A DNA stretch of 62,477 nt from Seison nebaliae. Lineage: Eukaryota. The notes under the pieces were generated by a model, which searched no databases, had not been told where the DNA came from, and was given only the letters and a program-made list of their open reading frames with translations. This document shows, piece after piece, positions 24,310 through 39,195 of the stretch. Both the position numbers and the translations under genes were made by a program. The stretch's first letter is position 1. Each line of letters starts with the position of its first letter. The stretch is taken from contig JALJEE010002025.1 in the NCBI GenBank assembly GCA_023231475.1, positions 1 to 62,477 on the forward strand, given 5' to 3'.

Positions 24310-27300
24310 TTAAATAAAGGGAAAGTAGAAGAGAAATGAGAAAATCGTAAATGATATAATAAATCTTATAAACAATACGAACGATGCAATAATTAAGAGG
24401 ATAAAGAAGGAGAGTAATACGAAGAATAAATATTTCCATCTCAAATGATTCTTAACTAAGATACTTCTCCTTAACCACTCATCCTTGTATTGTAATCTGA
24501 CTTTCTCCTCCATTTGTGCAGTGTTCGTCGAACGGAAATAATAGTTGTCGCGAATTAGCGAATGAAGAGACATTTCTAAAGAACGGAAGGAAATCAATTA
24601 AAGTGGAATTAAGGAGGGAAAGGTAAGCAATTGGTATGAGGAAACATAAAATGTAATAGTAATGAGACTCTTCTTCTTTCTCTTCTTCTCCCTTCCTCTT
24701 AGATAATCTTTCCAGTCATTCAAATCGAATTATCGTCGTACCTATTATGATTATTAAACTAACCTTTTGGAAATTTGTGATAATAAGCAGTGACAAATGG
24801 AAGGAGATTGGTGAACAGATATTGTTCATTTGATACAATGTATCCCTTCCTCCATTTCTCCTGCTCTTCGTTCCGTTTCTCCTCCAATTCCCATGAATCT
24901 ACCACTTCTACATCTCGAACATTAATCGTTTCATTTCTTATCCATGTCGATGTTAATAAGGTCATTGATCTGCTCGTTGTATCAATAAGTGATGTTCCCG
25001 AAGTAACAAATTTAACATCAGATTCTAGAAACAACAAAAAAAGTTAGCATTCATTCTTTCATCTAAACACAACACAATTCACAATTCCACACACACATAC
25101 ACACAAAAAGATTCCAATACTAATTTGATTAATTGTCAATTATTTCGTTAATATCATTCAAAAAACAAATAACTTCTGTTCGTTGTTTCTCTTCCCATTG
25201 ATGTTCTCGTTGTTCTTTCAGGTTTCTGAGATGTTCTCATACTTATTGTTGTGCTTCTTCCAGTTATATGTCCTCCCATATTACTTGTCTTTTTCATCGA
25301 TTCAGTCGATGTCATATAACTAATGGGAGTTGGTCTATAATAGTCACCTTGTTTGTATGTAAATGCAGCACCTCCATGATAATAAGTATAACCACGAACT
25401 GGTGCTATGGGCATAAAACCGGTGCTATTTGGAAATTCATATGATTCCATATTATCTTCTTTATATCCGTAAATTCCATGACACTTCATATCTTTTTGAC
25501 AGAAAGCTGTATAATTTGGATCAACTCTTTTCATGCCGCCAGTGTACGTTTCATTCCTCTTCTGCTCAACTAAACCGGTCCAATCAATTATTTCATGTCT
25601 GAACAAATCATCCGATAATCGATTTCTATCAGAATCTTCTAAAATCATATCGAAGTATGATTTCCATTCTAATCTAGAGATATTCTTGATCAATTCCAAG
25701 TTTGTTTCCTCCAAATGAAGTATACAATATCTCTCAATAAACATTTTTCCTTTAGGCAAATTACTCAAATCTTCCGGTTGATTATTGCATTTACAAGTGA
25801 ACCATCGATTATCCGTCGTAGGTAAACATGTATTATTTCTCCCACACAACACATCTGAGTGTGTTTCGCATAGATTCTCGAAATTGCTTTTTAGTAATTC
25901 TTAAAATAGTTTCCTCAATCAAATTAATCGAATAAAGTCAATTTGAACCTTCACATAAGTTGCAACAACCGTAACTTAATTTGCATGCAATAACTAGGTC
26001 GTTTGTGGTTAAATAATTATATTTGATCAATTCATAGCAGGATAATCGTTTCTTTAATTTGTTTCCACAAATTCCACATTGTGGACTCACCGGATAATCA
26101 ATCTCGTAAAGACATTCTATTTCGATAAAATGAGATTCGTCTGAATTCAAAGAATAAATTGGAAAAACATTAACTTTTCGATAACGGTTTTCTTTTGATA
26201 CAATAGTTCGTTCGACATTGCTAACAAATAATTTTTTCAAAAATTTTCTAAAACAAAATAGTAACTCCAATATATCCATCGGAAGTCCGACATTTCGTAT
26301 TTTCGGGCGGGAATGAATAGAATGATGATTTCGATGCATAAACCTGTCCGAATAATTGCCACACTTTCGTCATAAGATGTTCGGGTAAATATGGTGCATA
26401 TCTGATTTTAATACAACGTATTCTATTACAAATTCCTTCATCATTCTACAAAAACGAATTGATTATCTGATTCATAAGAAATTGTTTAAACTCGATCCCA
26501 CACGTACGTAAGTCCATGAGATAATTGACAATGAATATCGGGCGTATAGAGATTGCCTAAAGAGAATTGATCGATAACTTTTGTTATTCCGTTCTTTGAT
26601 GCAGAAGTTGAATGAAATTGGTTGAGTCGTCCATGAATCTTCTCCGATTTATTTTTTAAACATTCCAGAAATGGATTATGTTTCACAATCAAATAAGTAC
26701 AGCCAGAAAACAACATAAGTAGTTTCGTTGGTGAAGTGAATGGCGTATCCATCAACATATATTGACCTTTCTTATTCTTTCCACACCATCTAGCACCTGC
26801 TTCACTATTATGAGGCGCGCCAATGCTTTTGAGGAGAAATATTATGAACAAATTCGAAAATCATCTAACAGATGACCAAATTGATGCATCACAACAACAG
26901 CATTTAACATAACATCATTATTATGCTGAATTGCCATGACACTCTGATATTTTAATTTTGATGAACATAATGTATTGTGATATGTAGAACCTCGTACCAT
27001 ATTGTATCTGTTGAAGATTGCCTTCCTAAATGGAATTCATTAAAAAAGTTTTCTGAACAAAACTCAAACGTCGTATACAACATCCAAACATTAATATCTT
27101 GGAAATCATTTGAATGAACTTCGGTAACTGAACCCATCCACAATCGGAATATATCGAGAATATTTGGTGAGACTAATGCTTCTCTGATATACCAATAGTT
27201 TATACGATGTTTAACATATCGTTCATTTTCATAAGGTGAAATCCGATGCTAAAATGAACGATTTTACATCATTACATTCTTTTTAAAGGAATCATCAAAC

Positions 27301-28201
27301 GTCTAAAATGATGATTTTGCTTAAATAAACATGAATATTAAATGTCTTCCAAACTGTATAATGTACCTAATAATTAGAGAATAAAGAAATATATAATTAA
27401 TTTTACTAATATTTATAAAAATTAACGATATCCATCATCAGATTTAAATAATTACTAATTGCCCTCTTTACCATATCGGTATCGACTGAATATTCGTAAT
27501 CAAATAATTGCTTATTCTTCTGCTTCAACATCACTTCCATATAATTGTACATGTCATGATCAACTAGAATTCCTGTGTAGACATAAAGAGTTGGAAGATC
27601 GTCGTCTGATGAAAAGGCGAAAAATTTCTTCACTTCCCACCAACTACAACTACCAATAACTAAGTTACTTAATGTCAACTGATGTTCTTCAATCAATTGG
27701 ACGTGATTGGCTGAAATGAAGTTTTTTAATGTATCAGCTACCCATTTTTGATCAATCCAAACTGATGACTTATGTCTCGTTAGTCTCAGAATTAGAACAG
27801 TCGACGAACGAGATAAATCGAAAGAAATAATAAATTGCTTTTAAAATTATTTATGTTTATGGGAAGTTATTTAACATCATATTAACTGATTGAATAATAT
27901 AGTTGGATAAATCGATTCGAGTATTATTGGACGAATCTCCTACAAGTGAACTTAAATGTCTGGTGAGTGTGAGATGGATGAAGATAGAATGACCATTCTT
28001 CTCATCTTCCATCGTCACATCAGCTAATCTCTTCTGAGCTTGAGAGACTTTTAAGTTTATCAGATTATCGTAACACATCATCTCTTCCATATGTGGCGAC
28101 AACGAGATGTCTCTCTCACAACGAACATCCAAATGCAACATCATTCCATCTTTCTCTCTCAAAGTCAAATAAACGAAAACATTTATTAAACTATGCCACA
28201 T
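24310..28201 (-). CDS. ADAM/ADAMTS-like (M12B) membrane protein with Cys-rich and EGF-like modules, Thr-rich stalk and C-terminal TM, about 12 exons; probably non-catalytic
   Basis: LYVYTGILVDHDMY (M12B start), HQFGHLIGAPHN zinc motif across intron ~26826-26869, Met-turn YMLM, YTPDIHCQL..PPENTKC..GQC, and LCGRNNTC..FTCKC. Confidence 0.75.
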
Positions 28202-28494
28202 TATTTATAAATTCTGTTTTTAAATTGACTTTTAATATATTTTTAATTTAATCCATTTATATTCGTTTATGCTTTTCTCAATTCTCAAAACTTAAAATTC
28301 AAATTTTAAGAAAATTGGAAAAAAATCGAAAAATTATTTTTCAATCTTTTTCTAAATTTTTTTCATTTCACGTTTTTTAATTTTCTCTTATTCACATACA
28401 CATTATATAATTCTTCACCCGTTTTTTTCATATCTTTATATCTTTCAATTTCTACAATTTCTTATTATTCCAGATATCTCGTTCAAATTAAACG

Positions 28495-28941
28495 ATGTCA
28501 GAACAAGTAAAAAGAAGTCGTAAATTCCGACGATATACATATCGTGGAATCGATATTGAAAATCTTTTGAATTATTCGTCGGACCAGATGTCTGATCTGT
28601 TTACATCTCGTCTCCGACGTCGTATTAAGCGATCAGAAAGTCGACCAAAAAATCGTGTTCATGAAGGTCTCTTGAAACGATTGAGAAAAGCGAAACAAGA
28701 ATGTCCAGAATTGGAGAAACCGAAATGCATCAAAACTCATCTTCGTGATATGATTGTTTTCCCCGAAATGGTAGGCAGTGTGGTTGGTGTGCATAATGGT
28801 AAAACGTTTAATAAAGTTGAAGTTAAACCTGATATGGTGGGACATTATCTTGGAGAATTCAGTATTACATACAAACCTGTCAAACATGGTCGGCCTGGTA
28901 TTGGTGCGACACATTCTTCCCGATTTATTCCATTGAAGTAA
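28495..28941 (+). CDS. RPS15: 40S ribosomal protein S15 (uS19)
   Basis: [48 protein letters not shown] possible 5'UTR intron lies at 28421-28473. Confidence 0.98.
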   Translation: MSEQVKRSRKFRRYTYRGIDIENLLNYSSDQMSDLFTSRLRRRIKRSESRPKNRVHEGLLKRLRKAKQECPELEKPKCIKTHLRDMIVFPEMVGSVVGVHNGKTFNKVEVKPDMVGHYLGEFSITYKPVKHGRPGIGATHSSRFIPLK

Positions 28942-29257
28942 ATGACGTAAGAAATTCGATCGTTCGTTTATTAATTTCAATAAAATTTAAATTTAACGGA
29001 AATGTTTAATGAATTATTAATCTTTCATTATACATTAATATTTTATTTGGATATTTATATTATTATTGGATAATAATTATTGGATTATAAAATTAACATT
29101 CATGAAAACTTTTTCAGAATCGTTAAAATCACAATTGATGTTAAAATAGAAATCGTTGAAGGACATTTTATCGGAACTGTTGATTTCGGAAAATAATATT
29201 CTTGTAAAGATTCATTTATTAGTAAGTTGTTTTTAAAAATGATTTCATGAAAATATT

Positions 29258-32156
29258 TTATTTTTTAATATTGAATGAAATTGATGAAGAATTGTGGAGA
29301 TAATTCTTCTGAATTCGATTAGTTAACAGATAATTTTTTATTTGAAATTTCTTCAAATATGACAATCGAACATCATCCAATTGATTGTTCATTTCGTTTA
29401 ATATATTTTCTGTTTCCTCTTCATTAATTTGACCGATTGTCATTTCATTATTATCGATAATAATTGACTGTGCCATTCGAATTGCTTTCACCACCGAATG
29501 ATGTTTCGATGGTAACTCTTTGCGTCTTAAAGAAATTTTCCCATTATTTTTCTTTCCAATACTCTTTTCTGATTCTGATTTCTTATCGTCATTCGTACTA
29601 GTACTTCGATTTCGTCGTTGTTTTTTCCGATTTTCATATTCGATTAGACGTCGAATCATATTCTTCCATTTGTTTTTAATTTCCAAAAAATCTTCACTTT
29701 TCAATCGTTGATGATATTCAACCGTTAAATGAAGTATTTCATCTTGGTTTTTATCACGGTTATTCCGTCGTTTTGAATCACCACCCAATATGTTTCCTTC
29801 ACTTTTGAGTTTGGAAAGTTTGGTTAATAATTGGAAATACTTCTCCGGATCTTGAGGCATTTGCTCATTTGTCGGTTGATCCTTCCTTAGACTTCTAACG
29901 TTCAACTGAAATCTTTCTTTACAATCCGTCTCCCAGATTGATGGTAAATTGTTTGATGAATTGGTGGTAGATCGTTTTTCTGGAACTTCATCAAAACCAT
30001 CGATGAGAGGACGATAACCCAATAATCCAAATGAAGAAAATGGATGTCGTTTCAATGAACTGACTGATTGTCCTAATTTTCTTATCACATTAATTTGAGC
30101 ATTATCTTTCCAAATTCTAATGCGGTTTAAAATGTTTAATGAAACTGTAATATTTCCCAATTTATGCGGAATGAATACTTTTCCCAAGAGGAAAAGTGTT
30201 ACATCTTGTTGTCGTTCGTATAACGGAGAATTTCGATCATGAACATTTCTTAACGCATATCTCCACAAAGATAAACCGTTCATATCCTTCAACATCATAA
30301 TACATGGATTCTCCTTCAAATAATTATTAGAGAAGAAGAGTTCAAAAAAAAAACAGTTAAACATTTACAAAATATCGGATAATATTCAATTGACCACAGG
30401 AAACTGCTTCATGTGCCGCCGTTCTCATTTTCATCATTTGGAAATTTCTAAGAAATTCTTCTTGTATCTCATTCTCGTGAATTCGATGGAGAGCTGACTT
30501 CGTCAACGTTTTCTCTTTATTTCCCTTTAAACTACCAGAATTATCTGAAGAATTATTATTCAACACATTCTCAACGTCCTCAATCTTTATCTTTCTTGTT
30601 AACATCGAACTTCGATGAAATTTCATTCCCTTATCGACACTGATAGTTTGCGTTTCTGATAACTTCCTCATTAAACCAGTCAATTTATTTTTAGCTTGTT
30701 CTTTCTCTAGGAATGATAATTCCGCTTTATCTCGACTCTCTAAATAAGATGAAGATATAAAAAAATTAGAATTTTAAGAACTAAAACGAGCATAATTGGA
30801 TAATCTTGAGTCGCTGGATAAGAGAAGTTTCTTAAAACCGTCTTTTGCCTTTAAAATGGGAGATCTGGAAGGGGAGAGTGGTTGAAATGATTTGAAGATG
30901 TTGACGATTTCCCTCTTTAATGAACGTTCCTTAGCGCTCCGTCGAACATTCGTATGAATTTTGTCGATGTTACGATTCTCCCGATTATTGTTTATTGAAA
31001 GGGTCGTAATAATTGGTTTCGATTTGTGTTGAACCCATTGTTTACATGGATGCTCTCCAACGGCTTGATCGGCAAGTGCTCCATACTGAATGGTGAAGCG
31101 AGCAATGTCAATATAACCATAGTGAGCGGAAATGTAAAGTAAACATTTTAATTGATATTGTCGCACTAAATCATCAGTAGAAAGATGTTTTTGAACATTA
31201 TTCAATTGATTGTGAATAGTCGAACTAATTAATTCATTCCATCCTTGTAATAAGTCCACATGCAATGTAGCACCACGACTCAACCCATAGTAATGTAATG
31301 AATGAATATCAAATAGAATTATCCGTCTATTCTTTCTATTTCGATTAATATTCGACTTTCTGCCATTTACATTTTCCATTTGTTCCTCATCGATTTCCGT
31401 TGGGAAAATTTTTGAAGTAGTTTGACTGGGACTTAAATGCTTCTGTTGTATGTCGGTGGCAGTGATGTAGAATATAGAAAGTGGTAATCCCAATATTCTA
31501 CTTATTTTCATTCGAACTTCTCCAATCGTCGAATTAAGTGAAAGTTTCGTTTTCGCCTTATAATATTTCTCATTGAACTCGTCAAACTTCTCCTTACCAA
31601 ATCGTTCCAACATCACTTCTTCATATTGCTTCTCTAAATTGGTCAACTCTCTCTTCGAACGTTGAAGGTTCTCCGTCGAATCATCAAATATTTCCAGATA
31701 TTTATTCGAATAACCTAAATATAAGTTCAGTAATGGCAATTGTTGTTCTCTGATAATGCAACGAATTATATCGAATGATCGTAAACGAATTAAGTTTAAA
31801 TTCCATTCATCCACCAAATCAATTCCGTCAGATGTTTGTAACACCAGATCTTTCCTATTAGCCATTTCCTGTTTAGCTTTAGGAGAAGTAGAAGATGATG
31901 AAGCACCAAAAGCATCGTCTGACGAAACTTTATTGTCAACTAAATCTGTGGCGAAATAAGGTCGAATTTTTCTTTTCAAATCTCTTATCATTATTGATCG
32001 AGGGACTTTTATTGCAAACTTATAATTCGTACTAATTGCTATCGATCGACGTCGTACATCGTTATCATAATTATTGTTCTTAGTATTAAGTTCAATATCA
32101 TTGACGGGACCAATGTTTGATGTGATTTCTTTGAATTGTTGAAAATATAGTTTCAT
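29258..32156 (-). CDS. ANKUB1: Ankyrin repeat and ubiquitin-like domain protein, 3 exons
   Basis: Ubiquitin-like segments followed by LYISAHYGYIDIA..GALADQAVGEHPCKQW and AAHEAVSCGQLNIIRYFV. Two GTT introns join the three ORFs. Confidence 0.75.
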
Positions 32157-33092
32157 TTTGATTGTATTTCTCTTTTTTGTCTTTTCAAGATAAAGTTTTT
32201 TCTTTATCAATTCACTCCTGGCAATTTGAGTTAGTTGACTCTTAAGTGTATTGTTTTATAATTCCTGGTTATTCTTCCTCCATCGATTACAAACAAATTT
32301 GATAATTTTCTTAATGTTTTTTAGGTAACTAACTTAACTAAATGAAACAAGGTTTGATGGAAATAGGAGAAAGTCGATTTGTTTCTCTTCAATTAGATGG
32401 AGATTAAATGAATGGAAATTCCAACTAATTTCTTCTTATGCCAAAATAGGAATCGCTGTTTAATAGTCATTGACTTAGCCAAAGGAAGACGATGTTGGAG
32501 GAGAGAAAATTGGGGAAATACTACCTTCTAGATACGAATATTTTCTTTTTCTCGTTACTATGACAATTTGGATACTTCCTAATCAGTTTTCTTTCGATGT
32601 CAGAAGGTGAGAAATTATTTTTCCAGTGTTAATCTTATTGTTTTAAGAAACAATGAGGGAAATAATCTTTCTTCGCACCAATTCCATAATTCTCATTAGA
32701 ATATTTCCTGTCAAAAAATCCCCAAACTCTTGTTAAAATATTTTCTATCAAAACTAAATTTCCTCCAAAGATTTTCTGTTATTCTTATGACTCCACAGAT
32801 TTCTCTTATCCCAAAATCGATTTTCATCAAATCTGTCTCTAAAAAAAATCAATATTAAATTTCTTCATTTCTTAAAAAAGTTTTTGAAATTTCATTAACT
32901 GATTGAAAATTTTATTTTATTGAAAAATATTCATTTGTTGTAAAAAAAGGAAAGTTCGGTGATGAAATGAAGAAAAATTGAAATATTTATTTTTTTAACA
33001 CTTTGGAATAAATTGTTGAATCATCAATGATGAAGTAATTTAAATAGAAGTTATTTATAAATGAAATTGTTTAAGAATAAATTGGATGAGAA

Positions 33093-36081
33093 TTATGATT
33101 GCTTTTGGTCTGATTGATATGATTCACGTTTAATTAGATGTGTCGCTTCACCCGCATTCCAAATGTAGAGTAATTCATTGACAACATAAATGATATTCGA
33201 ATGGACATTTAGACGTTGTCTACATGAAGTGATGAGTGTCGCACAAGGTTTCTTCTGATTATAATAATCGATGTGCATTTGTAGTCGAATCAATTCAGGT
33301 TGCGTTCTCCTCGATGTGATTTGTTGGACGGTTTGATAACCATACTCAGCCCATTGATAAACTTGCATATTTCTCATGAGAATTGGGATATCTTCCGGCG
33401 GTTTATCTTGATCATAATAAAATTGTTTCTGATGTAATTCACTTTTCTTATCTGATTCGAAAAGCGGTAAAGAAATTGAATTAAATGAATCAATTGTTTC
33501 ATGATAGATTGTGTAACGATCTTTTTTTAGGATTAATAAACTTTTAAAGAAAAATAAAAATCTGGGAATTTAATTTCATTGGAAGAACCTGGGAATGTAT
33601 TTTCCTGTGGCAACGGTAGAATGAAGACAAAGAAAAGCGGCAATAAAATTCTTCTTCTCAATTTCATTTTCAATTATCAGATTGGAAGCAAAAATACCTT
33701 TATCGATTGATTAGATTAACGGAATAGAGAATTAAGATGAAATTAACCTTCATTCGATTGTTTCAAGTTGAGATAATCGAAAGTTGTCTGTAAATTTTTC
33801 TCAACGGAAGACGAAAAGATTCGTTGGACATAAGACATAACCCCAGTACTATTAATTGTACGTTCGATATTTCGATAAATTGGAAGCATCGTATTATAGA
33901 GCATCGCCCATCTTCGTTCTCCAAGTGTCTGTTTTTTTGGTAATGGTTTAACAGATACTGATAATTTTTCTTTCGAATCAGTAACATGTTTATTTGGATT
34001 ATTATCATCTTCATCCTCATCATTATGTTCTAATGAGAAAATACCTCGATCAGTGTCTCGATAAGCGGAAGAGGAATCGGTTGTTGATCGTTCCATATGA
34101 TGAGTTTTATTCACTCCAATGAGATCTTGAAATTCCTTCTTCTTCATTGTTAACATCGATATGAGAGTTGAAGTTTTCGATTGTTTTACTGGTTCATTCG
34201 ATTTGTCTTTTTCCCCATTATTCATTGCTGATGATGTAGATGTAGTAATTGTTGTGTTCGTCGTTGTTAATGATGATGATATTTGATGATTATCATTCAA
34301 TTCATTTCCACGAATCAATAATGAATCTAAATCATCATGACAATATTTCATCAATTCCGTATAACCACCATAAGCGATACCTACATATTGGACATGTTTA
34401 TTAAGGAAATAAGCAACTACCATATATATGGATACATCTTCATCTAGAAATCCTGATCCCATGAAACACAAATGTTCACCAGCAGCAACTGATTCAGCTT
34501 TGATCGCTTGTGCTTGTGCATCAAATAAGAGATCGACAGCTTCAGCGAATGCTTTCGGATTAGTCATCATTAACGACGCATCCAAATGGAATGCTGTCGA
34601 TAAATGACCATTATTATATTGAGCGGACGGTCGACAATCTACTACAAAATAACGACAAGTACTTTGTCCCAATTGATTGGCATGAACGATCTCCATGACA
34701 TTGATGGGGAGACAAAGTGACTGATAAATTGTACTTCCTGCAATCTCTAACATTTTATAATTATCTCCAAATAGAATGTCTGAGAATTCTTTTCGGAAAC
34801 TCTGTGGTGTTTTCGACTCATAATAGAGTGCCAATTGATATAAATCATTAATATCCGTTTCAACCAATGGTCGAGAGATGTCACTCATAAACTTCACGAT
34901 ATCTACACGTTCTGAAAGTTCTTGATCTAAAATTGCATCACTTTTATCGAAGATGAAAAAAATAATTTTGGAAAAAAAACAAACTAACCGACAATTCAAT
35001 ATGAGAACTAATGAAAAAAAGAATAGAAGGAATGAGTCGCCATGTTGAAATATGATGTCCCAAATAGCAAAGAGACATTGAGTAGTACAACATCCAGCCA
35101 ACAATCGTTTCAACTAATTATAATTAAATTAAGAGATACTGAAGTAATGAAAGGAACCCATTGATGACCGAAATGATCGAGATATATTTTTTTCGTGTCA
35201 AGAAATCCACATAATTTTGGATCGTGATACAATAATAATAATCGAAATAAATGAAAAGGAATTCCATTCATCACACAATCTCTTCATATCAGAAATAATA
35301 ATAATTAATTTTAATATAAATTTAATTAATGAAACTTGGGAATATATTTACGTTGAATCGCTCCAAACATCTCATAGATCTGTTTATCTGTTAAATCAAG
35401 TAGCAACAACACTCCCATTATGTCGCACCATCCACAATCTTTCTCGTAACATTCTCCACTAAAAGTATATACAATATTATATGAGTATGTATATATAATT
35501 CTCATGATTATAATTCAAAGAATGAGCAATTTATAAAATGTTAAAATATTTTTCGAAAATAACGGAAATTTCCACTAAAAAAAATCGAAATTAAACTTCA
35601 CTTTACAATAATAAGTGACCAAATTCTCTAGTCGTTGAATGTTATCCTCCGAATCCGATTCACATCGCTTCAACACATCTATGCATTCCTTGTGCACAAG
35701 ATTCTGTTCCTTCAAATCTAACACTTCATCCCATTCCTCCAATTTCTCATCCTTTTCACTTTCGATTTGGAGACACAACTTCAATTCAATGAGAAATTTA
35801 CTGAGGAAAAAAATAACTAACTTTCCAGACTTGTGTGCGTAAATGATCTGGAATTGTTCGACATTTAGTTATATTTCTCAACGAACCATAATCGCAGCCT
35901 TTCAATAAGCGTTCCTCTAAATCTAACACCCTAAGAGAGAGTGTAAGGATGTAAAGGAAATGAATCATAAATATGTAAACCATAAAGACTGATCAATCGC
36001 TTCTAATTGATCGACAATTTGCTCATTCTTCTCTTCTCCTTCCATCTTTCCTTCATAAATCGAATCTGATGTTTGGGTCAT
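33093..36081 (-). CDS. TBC1D23: TBC1 domain family member 23 (TBC + rhodanese + C-terminal PH-like), 9 exons
   Basis: LRTQVWKLCL, PFHLFRLLLLYHDP, YFVVDCRPSAQYNNGHLSTAFHLD, AGEHLCFMGSG and ITSRRTQPELI. Confidence 0.93.
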
Positions 36082-37514
36082 GGTTTTATCATACTCAATT
36101 TCGATTTGTTTAAGTTAATTAATTTTTTTCATTTTCATTTTTCGTTCAAAAATTTTTAAGGAGAATCAATCGAATTTTTATTCTCTCACTTTTTGTTTTG
36201 TTAGCTTTCAATTAATTTTCATTTATCTTTATTTAATTTTCACATCCATATTTTCCTAAATAATTATAAAAATGATTAAAAAATTTTGAAAGTTTGTGTT
36301 TGTTGCACAAGTAATATGGAATTATTAAATTTTTAGTTAGTGTTGTGTATTTTTATTCTTATTATTTATCGAACTTTCTAATACATGAAGCATGAAGAGC
36401 ACAATGTTCTTAAAGAATGACATTTAATAATGACAACAATAGATGGAAATTTTGAATATTTCCACCAATTTAGGCATCATTTTTCACACATCCTAATTAT
36501 TTTATTTTTAATTTCGTTTCGGATTAATTTAATTAATCGGATACTTCTCCTGTGAGAAATATTTTGTGTATTCACCACCCGATGTTATACAGAAGAATCA
36601 AACTTGGAACAATAAAATAATTTTCTACATTTTTCTTTGAACGGTTTTATTTCGCTAAGAAGCCTCTAAGAAATTTTTTTCTCTCTCTAACTAGTAAGTT
36701 AAACTGCAGGTACATGACATTTATAATTATTCGATTCACTTCATTTTAAAACATATTTAGAACACCACCTTCAGAACAGAACTGTAAAAAATCTAACAGA
36801 AAATATTCAATATTAAAGAAAAATAATTTCGGAACAAACATGTAGAAAAGTTGTCATTTAAAAAAAAAGTATTGAAGAATATAGTCAATTTAGTTTAACG
36901 GGGAAAATTTGAAATAAAAAGTTAAATGAACGGAAAAAGAATCTTCACAAGGAATAATTTAAGCAAAATAGAATCGCGTTATCTTTGGTGTATCTTTCCA
37001 TTTTATTTTTTATATTCTTTCATATATAATTATATTTTTTTTTATGGGAATTTATAATTTTCGGTCTTGTCAACGTAAGATTTTTCTTAACTAAAGACAA
37101 AAATTGAAAAATATCAGGTCAAGTTTCCCCATATGACTGTCGGAACCCATTATTGTTGGCTTCCCGGATTTTAAATGTTCTGTCCATATACCAATGATGA
37201 TTGGTTAATTGGTTATAATCGATTTGTGAAGAATAATATATCACATATTTCACTTCATCAATTATATGCTGGTCCAAATTCTGCACTCTTTGATTTTGAA
37301 GTTACCGTTGAATGTTCCGCTCCGTTTGTACTGTGTCGTCTTTCCCCTTGTATTATATCGTTTCGATGGTGGCTAATGATTTCTTTTGTCGTCATATTGG
37401 ATTTTTCCGAAGTTTTCTTAACGATATTGTGCAATTGAAGGTTTTCAATTTGTAACGGTACTGGTTCGTGGTTATTGATCAATCTAGAACTCCGGATCTT
37501 ATTGTTGTCCATCG

Positions 37515-38900
37515 TCAAATAAGCTGTACATCCTTTTCCACCGAATATTTCGATGTCAAGGATCGTTGAATGAAAGTGAGGATGTGGGGGAAGAGTCCCG
37601 ATGACGAGAAGTTTTCAATGACACGGAAAACGCGCCGACAATATGTAATGGGAAATGGAAGAAATTCGGTGACCGAAAAAGTTAGATTTCGATTGATTCT
37701 CCTGAAACACCCTATGAAGCGACGGATGATGTTTTTGTATGTTCGGTACATTCTGAGGAATGAGTTGTTGAAGAACAAAAGTAGCGAATCCAGTCCGTAT
37801 AATGGAAGAACGAGTGAGGAGAAAACACGCAAACGAATAGCCAATGGAAGATATTTCGATCTTGTTGAGAATGAGAAGGAGGCTCGAACGAATTTGTTCC
37901 GAATATGATCGAGTGAAGCTGATGCTACCATTTTGAAGTCTAGGAAGACACCGAGGAACATATGACCTTACGCTGGAGAAGAAGAAGTTGGGAATTTCCT
38001 CAGCACAGAGGGAGTTGTGGACAGGACGACATGGAAACTTCTGTCAGGAGAACCTGTGCTTTTTCACGAATTTGGTTCAGTTGTCGAGGAGAAGTGGAAA
38101 AAATTAGGATGTCGTCGGCATAAGCTAATGCGGCCGGAAATTCAGTGCCATTGATTTTGATGGTGTAAAGTTCGTTTAACTGAAAAATGACCCAGTCAAG
38201 AGCGAGTCCGAACAGCCAAGGACTAAGAATAGAACCTTGCCTGACACCATTATTGGCGGGGAACGGATATCCAAGTGTATGATCCAGTGACACGGAGACG
38301 GTGGAAGAAAAACATAAATGGCGAAGGAAACGTAAAACCATGTCTGGTGTGTTTCGAGCGACCAGAGAAGAGATGGCAGGTAATACGTCGATGGAATCAA
38401 AAGCTTTAGATGGGTCTAAAAATAACGCATGTAATTACGAATGATGTGCTCGTCTTATATCTGTTTAATACCATGCGTTCGATGATTCGAAGCATGAAAG
38501 AACCAATGCAGATAGGACGATACGAATTTAAATCATTTGGAAGGTTTCTTCAATAGAGGAATTGCTCTAAAGTAGAACCAATCCGTGGGAAACACGCCAG
38601 TATTGAAAGCTTGATTAACAATTTCGAGAAGAATTGGCGATAGCTGGTCTTCGTAGCGTTGGACAAGTTTCGGACAGATCCCGTCGATGCCGTGCGCTTT
38701 GTTGATTCCAGTAGAGTTGATTGCATTGGAGATATCTCGAATCGTGAACATCGTCGGGCGAAGACGGACCCAGATAGTCGACTGGGTCGTAGATGAGAGA
38801 AGAGATTTCGTTGATTTCATCCGGTGGAGACGTCGGACACCGTGACGAAAGATCTTTTTCGCGCGAATTAGTGCTTCGGATGTTGCTAGTGATGGTGTTG
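37515..38900 (-). mobile_element. Degraded, 5'-truncated non-LTR retrotransposon (RT-domain fragment)
   Basis: KAHGIDGI, IPLLK, YRPICI, FLDPSKAFDSI, GVRQGSILSPWLF and YADD. Broken by frameshifts, stops and an internal deletion. GC is higher than the flanks. Confidence 0.9.
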
Positions 38901-39195
38901 TAAGGGAAATGCGGGATTATTGATATTTCAATAGATATTGATAAATTAATCACTGGGGCAATATGGGAAATTTCATTTTCAATAAGTGAAATTTAAAAAC
39001 CGGTAGCTTATCTAGTGTCAATAATGGTAAAGGACGAGTAGAACAGAGAGCTTAAGTTTGGAAGTTAACATAAGACTCGTGTTTGGGCATTTAATTTAAT
39101 TTAAAAGTACAAGTTTATATGTTAATAATAGAACCGAATTTCTTATTAACCATTGTCAATTATTGAGCTTATAGGTAAATATCAATATTAAATTC

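Noticed and set aside
28633..28980. Antisense ORFs over RPS15, and similar ones at 8978-9367, 44747-45091, 56077-56985 and 60935-61248
   Set aside because: Shadow frames of real genes on the opposite strand, with no independent motifs.
37118..38975. tttccccatat (~37125) and atatgggaaa (~38962) flanking the RT fragment as possible terminal inverted repeats
   Set aside because: Only a ~10-nt imperfect match, no target-site duplication or transposase, and the enclosed element is a LINE.
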